Source of the DNA: Paraspadella gotoi
Taxonomy: Eukaryota; Animalia; Chaetognatha
Reading direction: 5' to 3'
DNA: 64,000 nt
Assembly (NCBI GenBank): GCA_051294375.1
Contig: CM119264.1
Location: 4,921,070 to 4,985,069, forward strand
This document shows, in pieces, positions 26,901 through 43,322 of this stretch (position 1 is the stretch's first letter; the number at the start of each line of letters is the position of its first letter). A model generated the notes under the pieces. It was not told the DNA's origin. It searched no databases and saw only the letters and a program-made list of their open reading frames with translations. Position numbers and translations under genes: made by a program.

Positions 26901-29900
26901 GATTTTGGTTTTTACTATAGAAAAAAATCTTTCAGATTTCAAAAAATCTTCACAAGTTTGCAAATGACGATTTTTTTCTCACGGCGGGTTGTCGTGTGTC
27001 ACCTTGTAATGCATGCAATTTTACCGGTGGCGTCACTTAGTAAGCCTCCAAAAGTAACGATGGGAGTCAAACACGCAAAGTATAAGAAGAAAAAGGAAGC
27101 GAGACATTGGACCGAAATTCCGTTTCTGTAGTCGGACCAATACCAAGGGATTTTCCGCTTAACATCGTTTATCAGACCGCCGAAGAGTCGCCCAGTGCGA
27201 ACCTTCAAAGAAGTTCAAAAAGAGTTTTACTTATACGTTTATAACACCTTTACATAATAATCTAATATATATGTTTTTAATTGTACCAATCCCATTTCCT
27301 CTCGTTCATCCATGTCCGACTTTTCCTCCTGATGAACTACGGCGTCCAGCTTGTGTCCTTTTTCCTCGTCATGCCCGTCAGAGTTGGAGGGGATTTTTCC
27401 AATTTTCCGTTCATTCTGACGTAGTGTAAAAAAAAAAATAATGTTTAATTTTAATATGAAAGTATGATTAAAACTAATTCCAAGTCTTGGGTGATTTGCA
27501 TTGATTTAATTTGTAAGATGACAGCAACTGCATCATCGATGCGTCGCTTAATTTTAGTCAAAGACAGTTTCCTACTTTTCTTCGAAAGTTAGAAATTGCT
27601 CACTGAAATCACATACTTGTGACGGAACGGACTGAGGGGGTTCGATCCGAATGGACGGATCCCATTCGCCGGGCGGAAGAACCGTGACTTGGTCTAAAAA
27701 TTCGTCGATGCCCGACAAGAGGTCGGCCCGATCCTTGGCCTTGTAAGCAACGTCATGAAAGACCTAGAATGGAAAGTTCGTCTGCTTACTGTTAGTACAT
27801 TTTTATTAAAAGAATGACATAATTATATATTTTATAACCTCGTCAGACATAAGCGTGGCAATGCTTCTTCCGATTTCGTGATATCTGTGAGAATTCCCAT
27901 CTCCTTGTTTCGCCCCCAACAGAATGAATAAGAATCGAGTGGGAATTGGAACCTCGGTCAAATCGCCAAAGTGAGTAGGTTTGGCCAATCGAACAAACGC
28001 AACTATTTGTTTGTCTCCTAAAGAATCAAACACCGGAAATTGTTCTTATATATTGTAACTTATAATTTATAAAAAAACATAATAAATGCATCGTATGTAC
28101 TTATCAAAAGGAATTGAATCTTTAGAGCAATTATAATGTAATTACTTGAGTACACTGTTTATGGGAAAGGAAGACTAGATTTTGGCCAAAGAATTAATAG
28201 TATTAAGTTAAATATATTTTAACAGTGTTTGTTCACGAGTACCTTCTAGAAAGTCTACTTCGCCCACTAAGACGTTGTGAGCTTCAGCCCCCGGGGGTAT
28301 CTTGCGCATGAAGGCTTGATTGAACTGGAAAACAATTAGTAATGATTAAAATTATTTATTTTTCATTTATAAAAAACTTCGCAAGATTTTTGCGTATAAA
28401 TAAGCATGTTAAGTAAGTTTTAAAAGCACAGCTAATTTTTTTTTTTACGGACACTAAATGAACATTACGAACTAAAGTGCCAAGAAAATACGTCTTGCCA
28501 TACAAGGAAGTCCCAAAGAGGGTTGTTCATAGAGAATTATAAAAACAACAATCGAACCATTACATCATCAGTTTGATAAGAAAAACTGATCCTCTTCATA
28601 CATACTATCAAGCTCCGTGATCAAATATCGTAAATCTAAAAGGTTGCAGGTTGCAGAATCTTTATCTAAACTTTTCATTGCGTTGATAAAACTTTTTGAA
28701 TGGATGTAAAACAGAGTGAACAAATAAACAGAATAAGCATTTGTGGTGTCCCGCTCGCTAATTCTTAGCTTTGACGTCGAACTTGAACCAGTTTCCTCCG
28801 AGACAATGTCATTTCACAATGTCATTTCACAATGTCATTTCACAGGCTGTTGTTGATGCCAATTTTTATGCCAGGAATCGTTGGTTTAAATTCGGTTATA
28901 TATGTATGTTTTGATAGCTTTAAATTGAAAGAGGCTCGTCATGAAAACGGGGCGCTTGGATAGGAGAACTTGAAAAGCCCGCGTGCAAGTTTTGATATTT
29001 TCAGTTTTTTTTAAGAAATAACAATTTTCCGACACCCCCGAAAATTAAATAGAATTTTGATATATTTAATCCTGTCATTCTAAATAAAATCGTCATGAAA
29101 CTTTTTTAGATACTTAAATTCCACAAAGTCAAGAAAAATGACAAAATCAAATATTTTAAATAAAACGAGACGAGTTAGATTGGGTAAAAAATCGAAAAAT
29201 TAGGATGGTTTATCCTTTGGACTGCATTAGGATTTTGATTCAAAAAAATTTATCAGTACAGATTAAATATTTGTTTTTTGAATGAATAGTTTATATTATC
29301 TTTAGTAAGGGTGAAAGGAAATTTACGAGGTGGGGGCAGTAAATCTACGTCTAACATGGTAACGTCGAAATTGAGACATATTCTACTAAATCTGTGAGAC
29401 AACGTTTTGGCTAAGTGCAATACAATATTTAAACTGGTTGTTCCCAACAGAGCTGTAATTACGTAAGATTTTCTCGGCTTAATTTAGTTGATTTATATTT
29501 AGGTTTAGCTAAAAGACAACATAACTTCCAACCAAACGTCATTTTGTACAGCTCTATTCATTCAAAGAAGCAAACGAAACCTTTCTATAAAATTTTTCCC
29601 ATGTCTGTTTATTAAATATATCAGAGAAATAATTATTTTCTATACAGCAGCATCATATTCCACAGAAACTTTATAAAGACTGGTTATGATAAAAAAAAAT
29701 ACCCCCCAAAAAATAGTTTCCCTTTTTTTCCCTAATTTTCCATGAATTTACAAATCGATTGGAATTTTGAATTTGATGTGAAAATGTGTCGCAGTTAAGT
29801 TTTGATACCGAGTGAATCATGCTCTCGATAATCACGTCTTCATTGGAATAAGGCCTGAACATCTTACCTTCGACTGTGACTCTGAGTGTTTTAGTAAATT

Positions 29901-32900
29901 ACTTAAAGAACTGAAACTTCCTGGAATACCAAGAAGCTGAAAATCGGGGAAATGGTTTAAAAAAATTTACTGTTGTACTGAAAAGAAATGGATATTTTTC
30001 ATGTCCAAAAAGATTCAAAACACCATGAAATGGTCGGCTTTATTTTCCCAAAGCGGTCCATTTTTGATCCTTTATTATAGAATTTAATTCTTACCTTAAT
30101 ATTTAATATAAATATATTTATATAATATATATAAACATATATATATATATATATTTTTTTTTAAACTTGTAATCCTTAACCCTAATCCTGAACTTTAATT
30201 TTTAACCCTAACCCCTAACCTTAAACCCTAATTCCTAATCCATAACCTAATCTTTAACCCTATTCACTAACCTAATCCTTATATTAAATCTCTAACTTAA
30301 TCCTTAACCTTCTACCTAATTTTTAAAAAAAAAATTAACCTAACTCCAGTTTTAGGATGAAATGGGAAGTTCTGGACATTTACCTTAGCTTGAGCACTGT
30401 TATTTTTATGGATGTTTTGATTGGAAGAAGACTTTCCAGTTTCGTCATCGACAGAAATGGTTGGGGGAGCAAGCATCGTTCCACTATGTTCGCCAGTGGG
30501 AGAATGGTTTCCGCCGTAAGTTTGACCTAATCAATATAAAAAAAAAAGGTTTTAACCAATTTCAACCAATTCGAACAAAGTAACAAAATTTTCAGTTTTA
30601 AAAACAGATTTGAAACTGTATTTTTCTTTTTTGATACTGACTAGCAGGTGGAGTCGATGTTCCAGAAATATTCTTGGCCCCGTATGAATCGATCTGAGCA
30701 AGATCCGTTTGCGAACTGCTCCGACCCTGTCGTTAAAAAATATTTTTTCTAATGATTTATAAAGCCGGTAATTATCTATTAAAAATTATAACGTAAGCTA
30801 AAAGCTGATTAAATCTTAAAGAAAGAAATTATACAAATTTATACAACTTGTAATAACAGTAATATAATTACTAATTATTAATCTACTAACACCATAAATA
30901 TACATTTATATTTACCTTTAAGTTTTTCGTTTCTACTTTTGAACTTTCCAGATTAGGAGCAGCTGAAAGAAAATTTAAATTTCTTTTTTTTTTTTGGAAC
31001 ATTGATAAATTTAATCTTGAAAGCAACTTAGTTCAATATTAGTCCTAGTTTAGCATCAATTGTTAAGTAAATCAACTCAAACAGTCATAAATTTTGCAGG
31101 AGAATCATCAAAATAAAATATGATTTATGATTCATTATCAAACTAAAATCATGAAAACAACTGTTATTTGATCCAAGATATCTAGCGAAGAAAAGCTATC
31201 ATAAGCAGTATAGCGCGAACCACAGCAAACTTAAATTTGGAAAACCCAATCGAAAGTCTCATTGTAAAGAATGTTACTTGGTACCTTGAGGACCAAAACC
31301 TTTGGACTTCACGACCGTAAGAAAAAAACAAAAAAAAACAAATGGCAACATCTAATATAAACGGGACTGTGAGAGAGTCTTGATTGAAAGCTTGCAGGGA
31401 CCTGCTATGTATTATCTTGTAAGAGTGATGGAGGCCTTAAACCACCAAAGCCTGTCCAAAGTCAGGGGCAAGATAGCTTATTTATTAAATGAATGGATCA
31501 TTTTTATATTGGTTGTACCAATTTCATAAAATTCAGCTCCTTGTATTTTGATGCTAGTGCGGAGTACAATAAGTATTCCCCGATCTAATACTTAAGGGAG
31601 TGGTCTTTTCATACAATTGAAACATTCTTTGAAATATTTTCCACTTCATTGATAGGGAAGCCAGGTACTCTGGGAGTGAATAAACGAGACTGTGAGAGAG
31701 TCTTGATTGAAACCTTGCAGGGACCTGCTATGTCATTATCTTGTAAGAGTGATGGAGGCCTTAAACCACCAAAGCCTGTCCAAAGTCAGGGGCAAGATAG
31801 CTTATTTATTAAATGAATGATAATTTTTATGTTGGTTGTACCAATTTCATAAACAAATTAGGAGGAGAACTCAAGAGAAAAGCCCGGGAATCGAACCTCT
31901 GGTGGCGCAAGATGATCTTTAACAATAAAGAGGGGAACGGAACTTTCTCGATTTTCCTCATCCCCGAATTCCCAGGAAGTGTCGCTATCGAGACGAGATC
32001 GCTTGGGTAACATTCTTCAGACCGGATGCGGGGGAAACAAAAAAAATTGTTTGACCTTAAGACTTGAAAATCGAAAAGACAATAAACATAGGACAAACAA
32101 AGCGCTACCTATTCAACTGCTCTTTAAAGGAATTACTACGAGGACGAGAGTTCTGTGTCTCGGCGTCGCACGAGCTATCGACTATCAGCCGATGGGGGAA
32201 GAAAATGAAAAAAAGGAAACGTTACCAGTCCTTTATTGTCTTAAACCTTCAATGAGATATAATAACTACTGCTATCCTGCTCTTCATATTATATAATTCC
32301 ATAACTTATGCACAAGTTGTTATTGTGCGTATGTATTGTGTTCCTATTTTGACAAATAGACTGATTAATGAACAAATGTAGTTTTAAAATCCCCTTTAAA
32401 AGTTAGAGAGACTTCAAAGACAAACGCGCAAACTAAAAGTACTTATTCGCTACGTCTTCTTTCTTATTTTGTTAAATATCTGTGTTGAAAGTTAAACTTA
32501 TACACTGATCACTGATCGGTTGATGACAGAAGAACTCACAACTGTCGCCCGCGTGGGAAGATTTCTTTCCGATTTCCGAGAGGGATCGAATTCCTGGGAA
32601 ACTTTGATGGTGCTTGGAACCGTGTTGGGAATTTTTCTTGTCATGTTGATGTCTGTGGCGCAGATTGACCAAATGCTCCCTCACCTGAAATAGGAAAGAG
32701 AAAAAATGAAATATTTTAGCAAGGACAAGGATCACTAGGGAAGCCCGGGGCTCAGTGACATGTCAGTGGCTTCGCTTCCTCATTGGTTGCCCTGAGATAA
32801 TACTAATAACGTCTCGATTTACCAACTAAACCAGAAGTCGCAAGGATTTCACTCGAAACGCACTAATGGAATTGAGCGTTAGCTCTCTGAGTCATTGCCA

Positions 32901-33805
32901 CGAGATTGACAGCATCGATATTACGCAAAGGACAATAGTTTTTTTCAAAAAGCAATAAGCTTAGGCGAAAATAAGAAACAATAACATTTAATCTCATTCT
33001 TTAATTTCCCTCCCTAGTCTCTTTTCTTCCTCTCACACAGGAGACAGAGCGATAGCAACAAAAATCTCAATTGCGTAATGCAGTATATAAAAATTATTTT
33101 ATCAATAGATAAAAACAAGTTCCCATTTTTTTTTTACAAACAATACTTAAATAAGTTGGCAATTAAAGAAGCTTCTAATTTTTTTTCACTCTTTCAATTT
33201 CCCCCTAACGGACATCCTGTTTATAGTCACAACAAGCCGCGAGAACTGACTTTCATCTTTTGTCCCTCCGTCAGATGGCTGTTGTGCGGTTGGCTGACGA
33301 TGAGATCGGCGACGGCCTCCATAGAGGACGCGTCAGCATCGAGGAGGACGGAGTGATTCATCAAACAATTGCGCAACTCGAATAGCGAATGGAGCGACAG
33401 AGTGGCCACGTGGGGCTTTGACCAACGATCGCCTCCTTCCTCCACGTCTTCCTCAAATTTAACCCACCTGTTTGTGAGGATGGGGTGGATGGGTGGGGAT
33501 TGAGCCCCGTTATCATTAATATTATTGTAATAATAATCTTTGTATTTATTAAAGTTTAATTTTGATTAAATCTGTATCCAGAAATGTTGCTAAGCAAAGG
33601 GCGCCAACGTTTTAAATTTTTTTTTTTTTACTTTTTGACTCTGTTTTTAATAGTTTTTAAATAGATAAAAAAATTATTTGACAATTAGTCGGACATGTTT
33701 CGACTCTTACATTGAGAGTCTTCATCAGCGTTTTATTTTGACAGGTTTTTCTCTGTAAACATTGAGTTAGTGAGAGAGAGAGAGAAAAAAATGGGGAGAG
33801 AGAGT

Positions 33806-33864
<59 letters not shown>

Positions 33865-35689
33865 TTTCCAACAAAGAATTGAAAAAGGACAGTGTTCAGA
33901 TGTGAGGTGAAGGTAAGAACAGGGACTCGTAAAAAAGATCTTCTCTCAGAATATTTTCACGTCCTTGGTAAGTAAAAAAAAATTTTAGAATATTGTCATT
34001 AATAATAATTATTAAAAAGTTAGATTCATTGTTTATCGGAAACCTCATAAATTTTAAATAAATTCTCTTACATAATTTATATAATATATATTTCTAAAAA
34101 TGTATATTGACAATATTATTGTATAAGATATTCACACTACCCTTTATGCCACGCTACCTGGCGGTCTCTTTCCACTGAACTTCTCCGTCCATGTCGGTTC
34201 TCAACTCGTCCATCTCAGAGAAGAGTTGATGAGGATGATGTTCCTCATCCTCGTCTCCTCCGAGGATGAACTGCACTCGCTGCGACGGCGTCACTTCAAC
34301 TACGCCGGCGCCGCTGGCGCCGCCGTCCATGGCGGGCCGCGAAGTTGCCCGTTTGTGGTGACTGATGGAGAGGAAATCGAACAAAAGGTCAAGTTTATTT
34401 GAACACTGAGCTTAGAATTTATTTTTTTCGTAGTTAATGAAATTCAAATATTTTAAAATTAATGGTCACAAGTTAAAATTGGTTAGAGCGAAAGAGTTAT
34501 TTTTTTTAGCAAATAGGGTCATATTTTCTGGAGGGTTTATCGAAAGCGTAAGTCGCCCATGATCATGCACATCCAGACAAATAGTTAATGAAGATTGAAT
34601 GATCTTGTTAGTGCAAGTAGATGCACATAAAACTAATTTTAACAACCCATAAAATAAATCGGCAAACTTAATAAAATTAAAAATAAGACTCACTCATTTC
34701 TTTAAAATTACAAAAAAGTAAAGAAAAAGAATTTTTAGATTAAAAAAAAACAAACGACAAATTAAAAAAAACAAAAAAAACAAGAACGGTAATTCAAATG
34801 TGTTGCGCTCATGACTGTCTATCATATGTATTTCTTAATGATATGACGTAACATGATATGACGTGATAAGACATGACCTGACTTCAATAACTTTCTTTGC
34901 CTATTTATAACATGCATTGCATTGGAATCGTCTTTTGTTTTTTATAGTTTTAGAATTTCCTGAGGGCGGCGCTAGTAATAATTTGAGGATTTTCCCTTCT
35001 TAACAAATGAACATTGAGCAACCAACTATATGCAAGTTATGAGCATTTTTAATATAAGTGGGAAAGACTGACGGACAGACATACCGACGGACCGACCGAA
35101 AAGTAACTTATAGAGTTGCTCCACGAGTACTCGCGGCGCAACTAATAAGAAAAGGGAAAGCGAACCGATGCTTGTGATGAGCTCTGTGATGAGTGGGACG
35201 ATGGCTCGGCGTGCTGTTCCCAGCTCCGGATGATCCATGATGACCTTCCGAATCTGATTTTCCGCTCGATGGGACTTGAAACCCAATGTAAACCGCAGCA
35301 GCTCGGTGGCCTTTATAGTCATCCTCGCTGGGGAAAAATAAACAGGGAGAGAGCATTAAAATAATTTACAAAACGATGGTTCATTTAAGTTGGTTGTGGT
35401 ATATTTCTCGCAAAAAAAAACTGCTCTAATGTTACGTGCTCATCTTTTCTTCTTTTTTTTCGCTTCTTTTATACAATTACTTATAATGTTTTTTTGTCAT
35501 TTTTTATGATTTTAAATATTCTGCTAAGTATATCGAAGTCAGAATCGGATTAAAGCAGCGATAAAACACCGCTTTTGTTACTAACAAAATTTAAAAAAAT
35601 ATTTAACCACCCCTGACTAATTACAACCTGTACGCCAAGCCGGTATCCACGGCGAGTCCAACGTCTTTTACGGGCGATTCGTCGTCCAT
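20945..35689 (-). CDS. SLC4 sodium-coupled bicarbonate transporter (NDAE1/SLC4A7/8/10 type)
   Basis: ATG at 35689 and more than 25 GT-AG exons: [137 protein letters not shown]. Stop TGA at 20945-20947. Confidence 0.95.
21505..22125. mobile_element. Fold-back MITE family A, copy 2 (SLC4 intron)
   Basis: Ends TAAGGCGTAGTAAA and TTTCACTACGCCTTAAT; the two halves are imperfect inverted repeats; homologous to 11751-12730. Confidence 0.8.
26011..27006. mobile_element. Non-autonomous Tc1/mariner-like MITE in an SLC4 intron
   Basis: Perfect 25-bp TIR CAAGGTGACACACGACAACCCGCCG extending into several hundred bp of imperfect inverted repeat; TA on both sides (26009-26010, 27007-27008). Confidence 0.92.
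30170..30345. repeat. Degenerate (TAACCC)n-like tract in an SLC4 intron
   Basis: Repeated TAACCC/TAATCC hexamers between short inverted ATGTCCA and TGGACAT motifs (about 30001 and 30372). Confidence 0.7.
31357..31852 (+). repeat. Dispersed repeat family B: partial copy 31357-31530 and longer copy 31597-31852
   Basis: The two copies match each other and 12252-12500; a diverged copy lies at 54715-54958. Confidence 0.9.
33688..33732 (-). ncRNA. Minimal type I hammerhead ribozyme motif (Penelope-like), sense to an SLC4 intron
   Basis: Minus strand: CG-CTGATGA-A-GACTCT-caatgta-AGAGTC-GAAA-CAT-GTC-CG. Full catalytic core, 6-bp stem II and palindromic ACATGT stem III. Confidence 0.8.
34782..35150. 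mobile_element. DINE-1/HINE-like non-autonomous Helentron-type element, copy 1
   Basis: Subterminal inverted GTTGCGC and GCGCAAC, GACGGACA/GACCGACC microsatellite, terminal stem-loop and A-rich flanks; homologous to 38196-38555. Confidence 0.65.
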
Positions 35690-36273
35690 CTTGTTTTTAT
35701 TTTAGATTAAAACTCTTTCTTCATTTGTTCATCTTTTGCAAATAGTAACCAAGCGAAGTGACAATCTGAAAACGAATAAAGTATAACGAATAAATATTTT
35801 TCTTCGTTCTGTGATTTTAGATTTGCACTCCGTAGTCCCAGCAGGCATTCAAAAAAACAACAAAACATTTGACTTAAAGATTTATATATTTTTTTTTACA
35901 AAATAGAAAAACCAGCGTAGATCGGTATTGATTCCAGATGCGATGAAATGGCAGATGAACGCGCCATAAATATTTTCACCTTTAATACAAATATTTACAT
36001 TTAAAAACTCTGCCTTTAGTTTTCCTTGATTAAAAACAAAGGCTCCAAACGTGCTTGGCTTATGACGTAATTTTATCAAAAAAATATTTGTACTCGAATT
36101 AGAAAAGAACTGTTTTGCAATTCCTTCTTTTCCTCTTTCAGTGCGAATTCCACAGACTGGAATTGGAAAATATGATCGATCGTCCGTCCAGCGCACCGAC
36201 CAAAAAGCAAGGACCAAATTTCAAGAAGAACATGATTACGCATGCTGTAGTTACGCCGGGCTTGCAACACACA

Positions 36274-36314
<41 letters not shown>

Positions 36315-38195
36315 CCTCTCTCTCTCTTTCTATAAATCCCGAAGTGTATTTTTATTAGAAGTAAATATAATATAAATATAACTTCTTATTATGAAAATAT
36401 AATTTCAAAGCAATTGTTCATTTTGTTTCTTTTCAAAACGCACATTCGTTGTAAAAGAAGAATCACAATTCAATCCAGAAAATATCCATTTCCCGATAGG
36501 AATAAATCGTTTAAATATGCAAAGCTCATAAACAACAGAGCCTAAAAGATTAATCGATCCAGAAGTTTTTAAATTTGAATTTTGTAATTACTTTTTTTAA
36601 AGACTAGCGTTTACGTTTAGTCAATAGTCAGCACAGGATGTAAAATCTTAAGAAACAAACCCGCGGAAAAAACGGGAACGGATCCCAGGGTTTCGTTCCA
36701 ACGATCGAACATGGAAGATCGGGAACCGGATTTTCGACGAACTTAGGGAACGAGAAGTAGAACCTTAGTCTCTCTTCAAGATCATTAGGAGTATGAAAAT
36801 TAAATAAGTAATAAATCGAAAATCGATTAGTATTATATCTTAGAGGTCATGGCGATTACGTAATAGTACGACGTCCTTGCGGCACTGACGTTAAAAATGT
36901 AACAACCATCGGTTTTCAATATGACGAAAACAAACGGTTAATCATCGCATTTTAAACGTCCGGAAAAAAAAAAATTAAAAAGGAGAAAAACGAATGAAAA
37001 AATCCGGGAATTTTTTTCGAGAAGAAGAAGAAGAAACGTTATCATTCAATCTCTCAATGCGTAAAAGAAAGAAATTTTTTTTCTTTTTGTTCTTCTTTCT
37101 TCGGACGAACGAACGAACAAAAACGAACGTTCGTAATAACAACGTCCGAAGCATCGGATGAAAATCCGCGGCATCGGCAGCGGCGTCGGGAGCGGCGTCG
37201 GGAGCGGCATCGGCAGCGGCGTCGGCGCGAGGCGAGTAAGACTCGAAAGCGGATAGAAAGATAGTAAAAAGAGGAAAAAAAAAGAATGAAAGGCAAAGAA
37301 TAAAACGAGTATTTGAAAATTTTGAAATCGTTGAAATCGAAAACGAGCGTGCACGTTTTCAAGGACGTCCGGCGAGAAGCAACCACCCTAAAAAATCTAT
37401 GGCTGCCGTCCCTTTTTACGTTTGCCGCCCATCCCCCCTTTTAAAAAAAAAATTATTAGCCCCCCCCCCACTTTTCGCTCTTCTTGCAGTGAAATAAGTC
37501 AAGGAATTTTTTAACGTCATTTCGATAGGCAGCAACGGGGATTGAACTCGAATCAGGACCCATCACGTGCTCATCGGCGTTTTAACGACAACGACCTTTT
37601 ATTTCACCTTTTATTTCACCACCTCAAATTCTAAAATTGTTTTCCTTTTGTTTTTTTTTCAATTTTTTCCCCGTCTATTTAACTTGTCTTTCCTACTCGG
37701 AAGATTTGTCTCTTACTTTCTCTACTATGAGCAATTTCCCTTTACTTTCTATAGAAATTTGCTTTAACATTTTCATGATTTTCATTTCTTAATTTAATAC
37801 TTTGGATTATTACTTTGTTTCTATATTTTACGTGCTTTCATTCTTCGACTTTCAAATTTTAGATCTTTATTCTTTATATTTGACAATATCAATCTTCGCT
37901 CTTTGTATTTGTTTTCGTTATTTTTTATTCTTAAACTTAGTCTATTTATTTTTACTTAAAACTTTATTCATCAGCCTGAGCTTAGCTTTCTTTACAAAAC
38001 GCCCTTTTCCTGGAGAATCCGGGAAAAGCTTTTTAAGTTTTTCCTATTTCTCACATTAAATTTATTAAATTTAAATCGTAATAAAAATGATAGAAACAAC
38101 ATCTTTATTTCAAAATTAAATTTTAGGAAAAAAATAGAAAATAGAGAATAACAAAGGGCTGTGAGGAGTGAGTAAAGAAAAATATAAGAAAGAAC

Positions 38196-38555
38196 AAGAA
38201 TGGTAATTCAAATGTGTTGCGCCGCAGGACTGCCTTATCACATGTATTTCTCATGACATGACATTACGTGATATGACATCAAGTTATATAACATGACTAC
38301 AATAACTTTCTTAGCCCGTGTATTTATGACATGCACTGCATCAAAATTCCGTCTTTTAATCTATTTTAGTTTTAGGATTTCCTACGGCCGCGCTTGCAGT
38401 CCCTTAGATTTGAGGTTTTTTTCTGACTTAACAAAAGAGCAACCAACTATAAGAAAATTATATGCATTTTTAATGTAAGTGGGACAGACTGACGGACCGA
38501 CCGAAAGACCGACCGAAAAGTGACTTAAAGAGAACACGCGGCGTAAGAAAGAAAG
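38196..38555. mobile_element. DINE-1/HINE-like element, copy 2 (fragments also at about 52108-52212 and 61615-61670)
   Basis: AAGAATGGTAATTCAAATGTGTTGCGCC...GACGGACCGACCGAAA...GCGGCGTAA aligns with copy 1. Confidence 0.65.
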
Positions 38556-39929
38556 TCGGAAAAAAAAAGAATGAGGAGGAAAAAAAATATCATATTTGAA
38601 AATAGAAAGAAATAAAAAGTGAGAAACATGAAAGGATAGAAAAAAGAAAGCCTCTTTGTTTGAAAATTTCAAATATTCTTATCTATACTGGTATATAAAC
38701 CTTACAATCAAAATCACTTTTAGGCAGATCGAATCATCGTTATACTTGTAGCGATACAAAAATATAGCTATTCAATACAACAAGTCCATTTTGCGTTTAA
38801 GCCACTTCAATTACTCCACAATAATCACCGGCGTAAATTTTTAAAACAAAATTTTTGGAGGTGTTATTTATCTTTCAATAAATCAATTGTGCGATCCTTT
38901 TGAAAGAAAAGTACGCAAATTTTGAACCCGCGGCTATTTTTAAAAAAATTACTTGAAAAAAAAGTCAGCTGCATAGCAAAAATAATAGTGCGTATAACCA
39001 TTAACCATAACAATCTCTTAATCCTTTTATCGATTAAAACTGACAACTACAGCCCTCTTATCTCAAGGCGAGGGTTAGTTTCGTCCAGAGCAAGGTCAAC
39101 GACACTCAGAAATTTCCAATTACCTGTTGCAACGAGCCACCATTTTCTGCACTCGCGGCCATTCCTCGGAATTTCCTTTAGCGTGTTAGGGCGACTCTCT
39201 CTCCACACGCAGCGAAAAAGAGAGAGAGAGAGAGAGCGCTTCACCCTATTTCCCCCAAAAAACCACGCAGTAATCGCACGAAGACGAAAAACAAATTAAC
39301 AAAAGTATAAAAAAAATAACCATGGAAGGGCAAAAGCTTCATTACGTTGTCGAGAATATGGAGAAGGAAGAGTACAATGAGGAAGAGGCGGCATGATGCA
39401 ATGACGTCAATACTGCTATGTGAAGTGGACGATTCCAATGCTCAGAAAAGGAGTTTCTTCTGTTTAAAGCACAAAAGTTTTTAACGCGTCCGTACTTCGG
39501 GCGTTGTACTAAGAAAAAGATTGGGGAATCGTAAACGAGTGAGAGAAATCTTGAGCGAGTTAGAGTGTAGGACGGAAAATCGATATTTCTATTTAGATCT
39601 TTAACCTAAGGCGAAGTTGGATAAGTTTTAGTTTCCCAGGAAAAAGAACGTATGTATTACTCTATTAGTATATTTAGCAATATTTTATAAGTAACTAGGT
39701 AGTTTATAAAAAAGTTTTCTTTTCCCTAATTCTGCCATGAACTTTTAAAAAAAATTAATAACAAAGTAAATCTTCAATTTTATTTCGTTCGATAAAATTG
39801 AAATAAATTTAAAAAAAAACAACAACAAAAAAGTTGGACAATTTTTTTGGCGACGTAGCTTTTTCCTCTTTTTTTTTTGATGGACTAAAGCGACGGATAT
39901 ATAACCGGATTGATAATAAAGTAACCGGA

Positions 39930-42930
<3,001 letters not shown>

Positions 42931-43172
42931 TTTGTCGGTTGGGTGTTGACGGGTTTAAGAAGAAAATCTGGAAGAAAAAAATTATGATATAAATGAATCA
43001 CCTTTGAAAACTTTTAAATTAACCAGTCAATTTGCCTTGGAATGTTAATTAGAGTGGGTAGCAACGATCCAATCAAAACATGACCCAATCTGTCTACTTG
43101 TGGTCTAACTATATTTTATATATGACCTTATGGTGGACTAAAATCCACCAACCGTTCATCAAGGAGGAGGAA

Positions 43173-43322
43173 GGTCATTCACCTCCAAAATTTAAACGGT
43201 CCGGGGTTCTAACCCGGTGATCGCCTCGCAGTTATGAGGGACGGGGCGCTTAACCCACCTGTAACACGGTGTTACAGCCTGATCCGAAGCTCAGGGACTG
43301 CTTATATTGAACGGTTCTGTCA
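43173..43322. repeat. Structured dispersed repeat family C, copy 1
   Basis: About 150 bp homologous to 51876-52021; hairpins CTGTAACA/TGTTACAG and CCTGA/TCAGG. Confidence 0.85.

Noticed and set aside
30170-30345. True or interstitial telomere
   Set aside because: Highly degenerate, short and intronic; more like the internal tract of a non-autonomous element.
43170-43200. Spliced-leader RNA gene suggested by an Sm-like AAATTTTGG plus hairpin on the minus strand
   Set aside because: The homologous copy at 51876 lacks the Sm-like site, and I found no convincing leader/donor stem.
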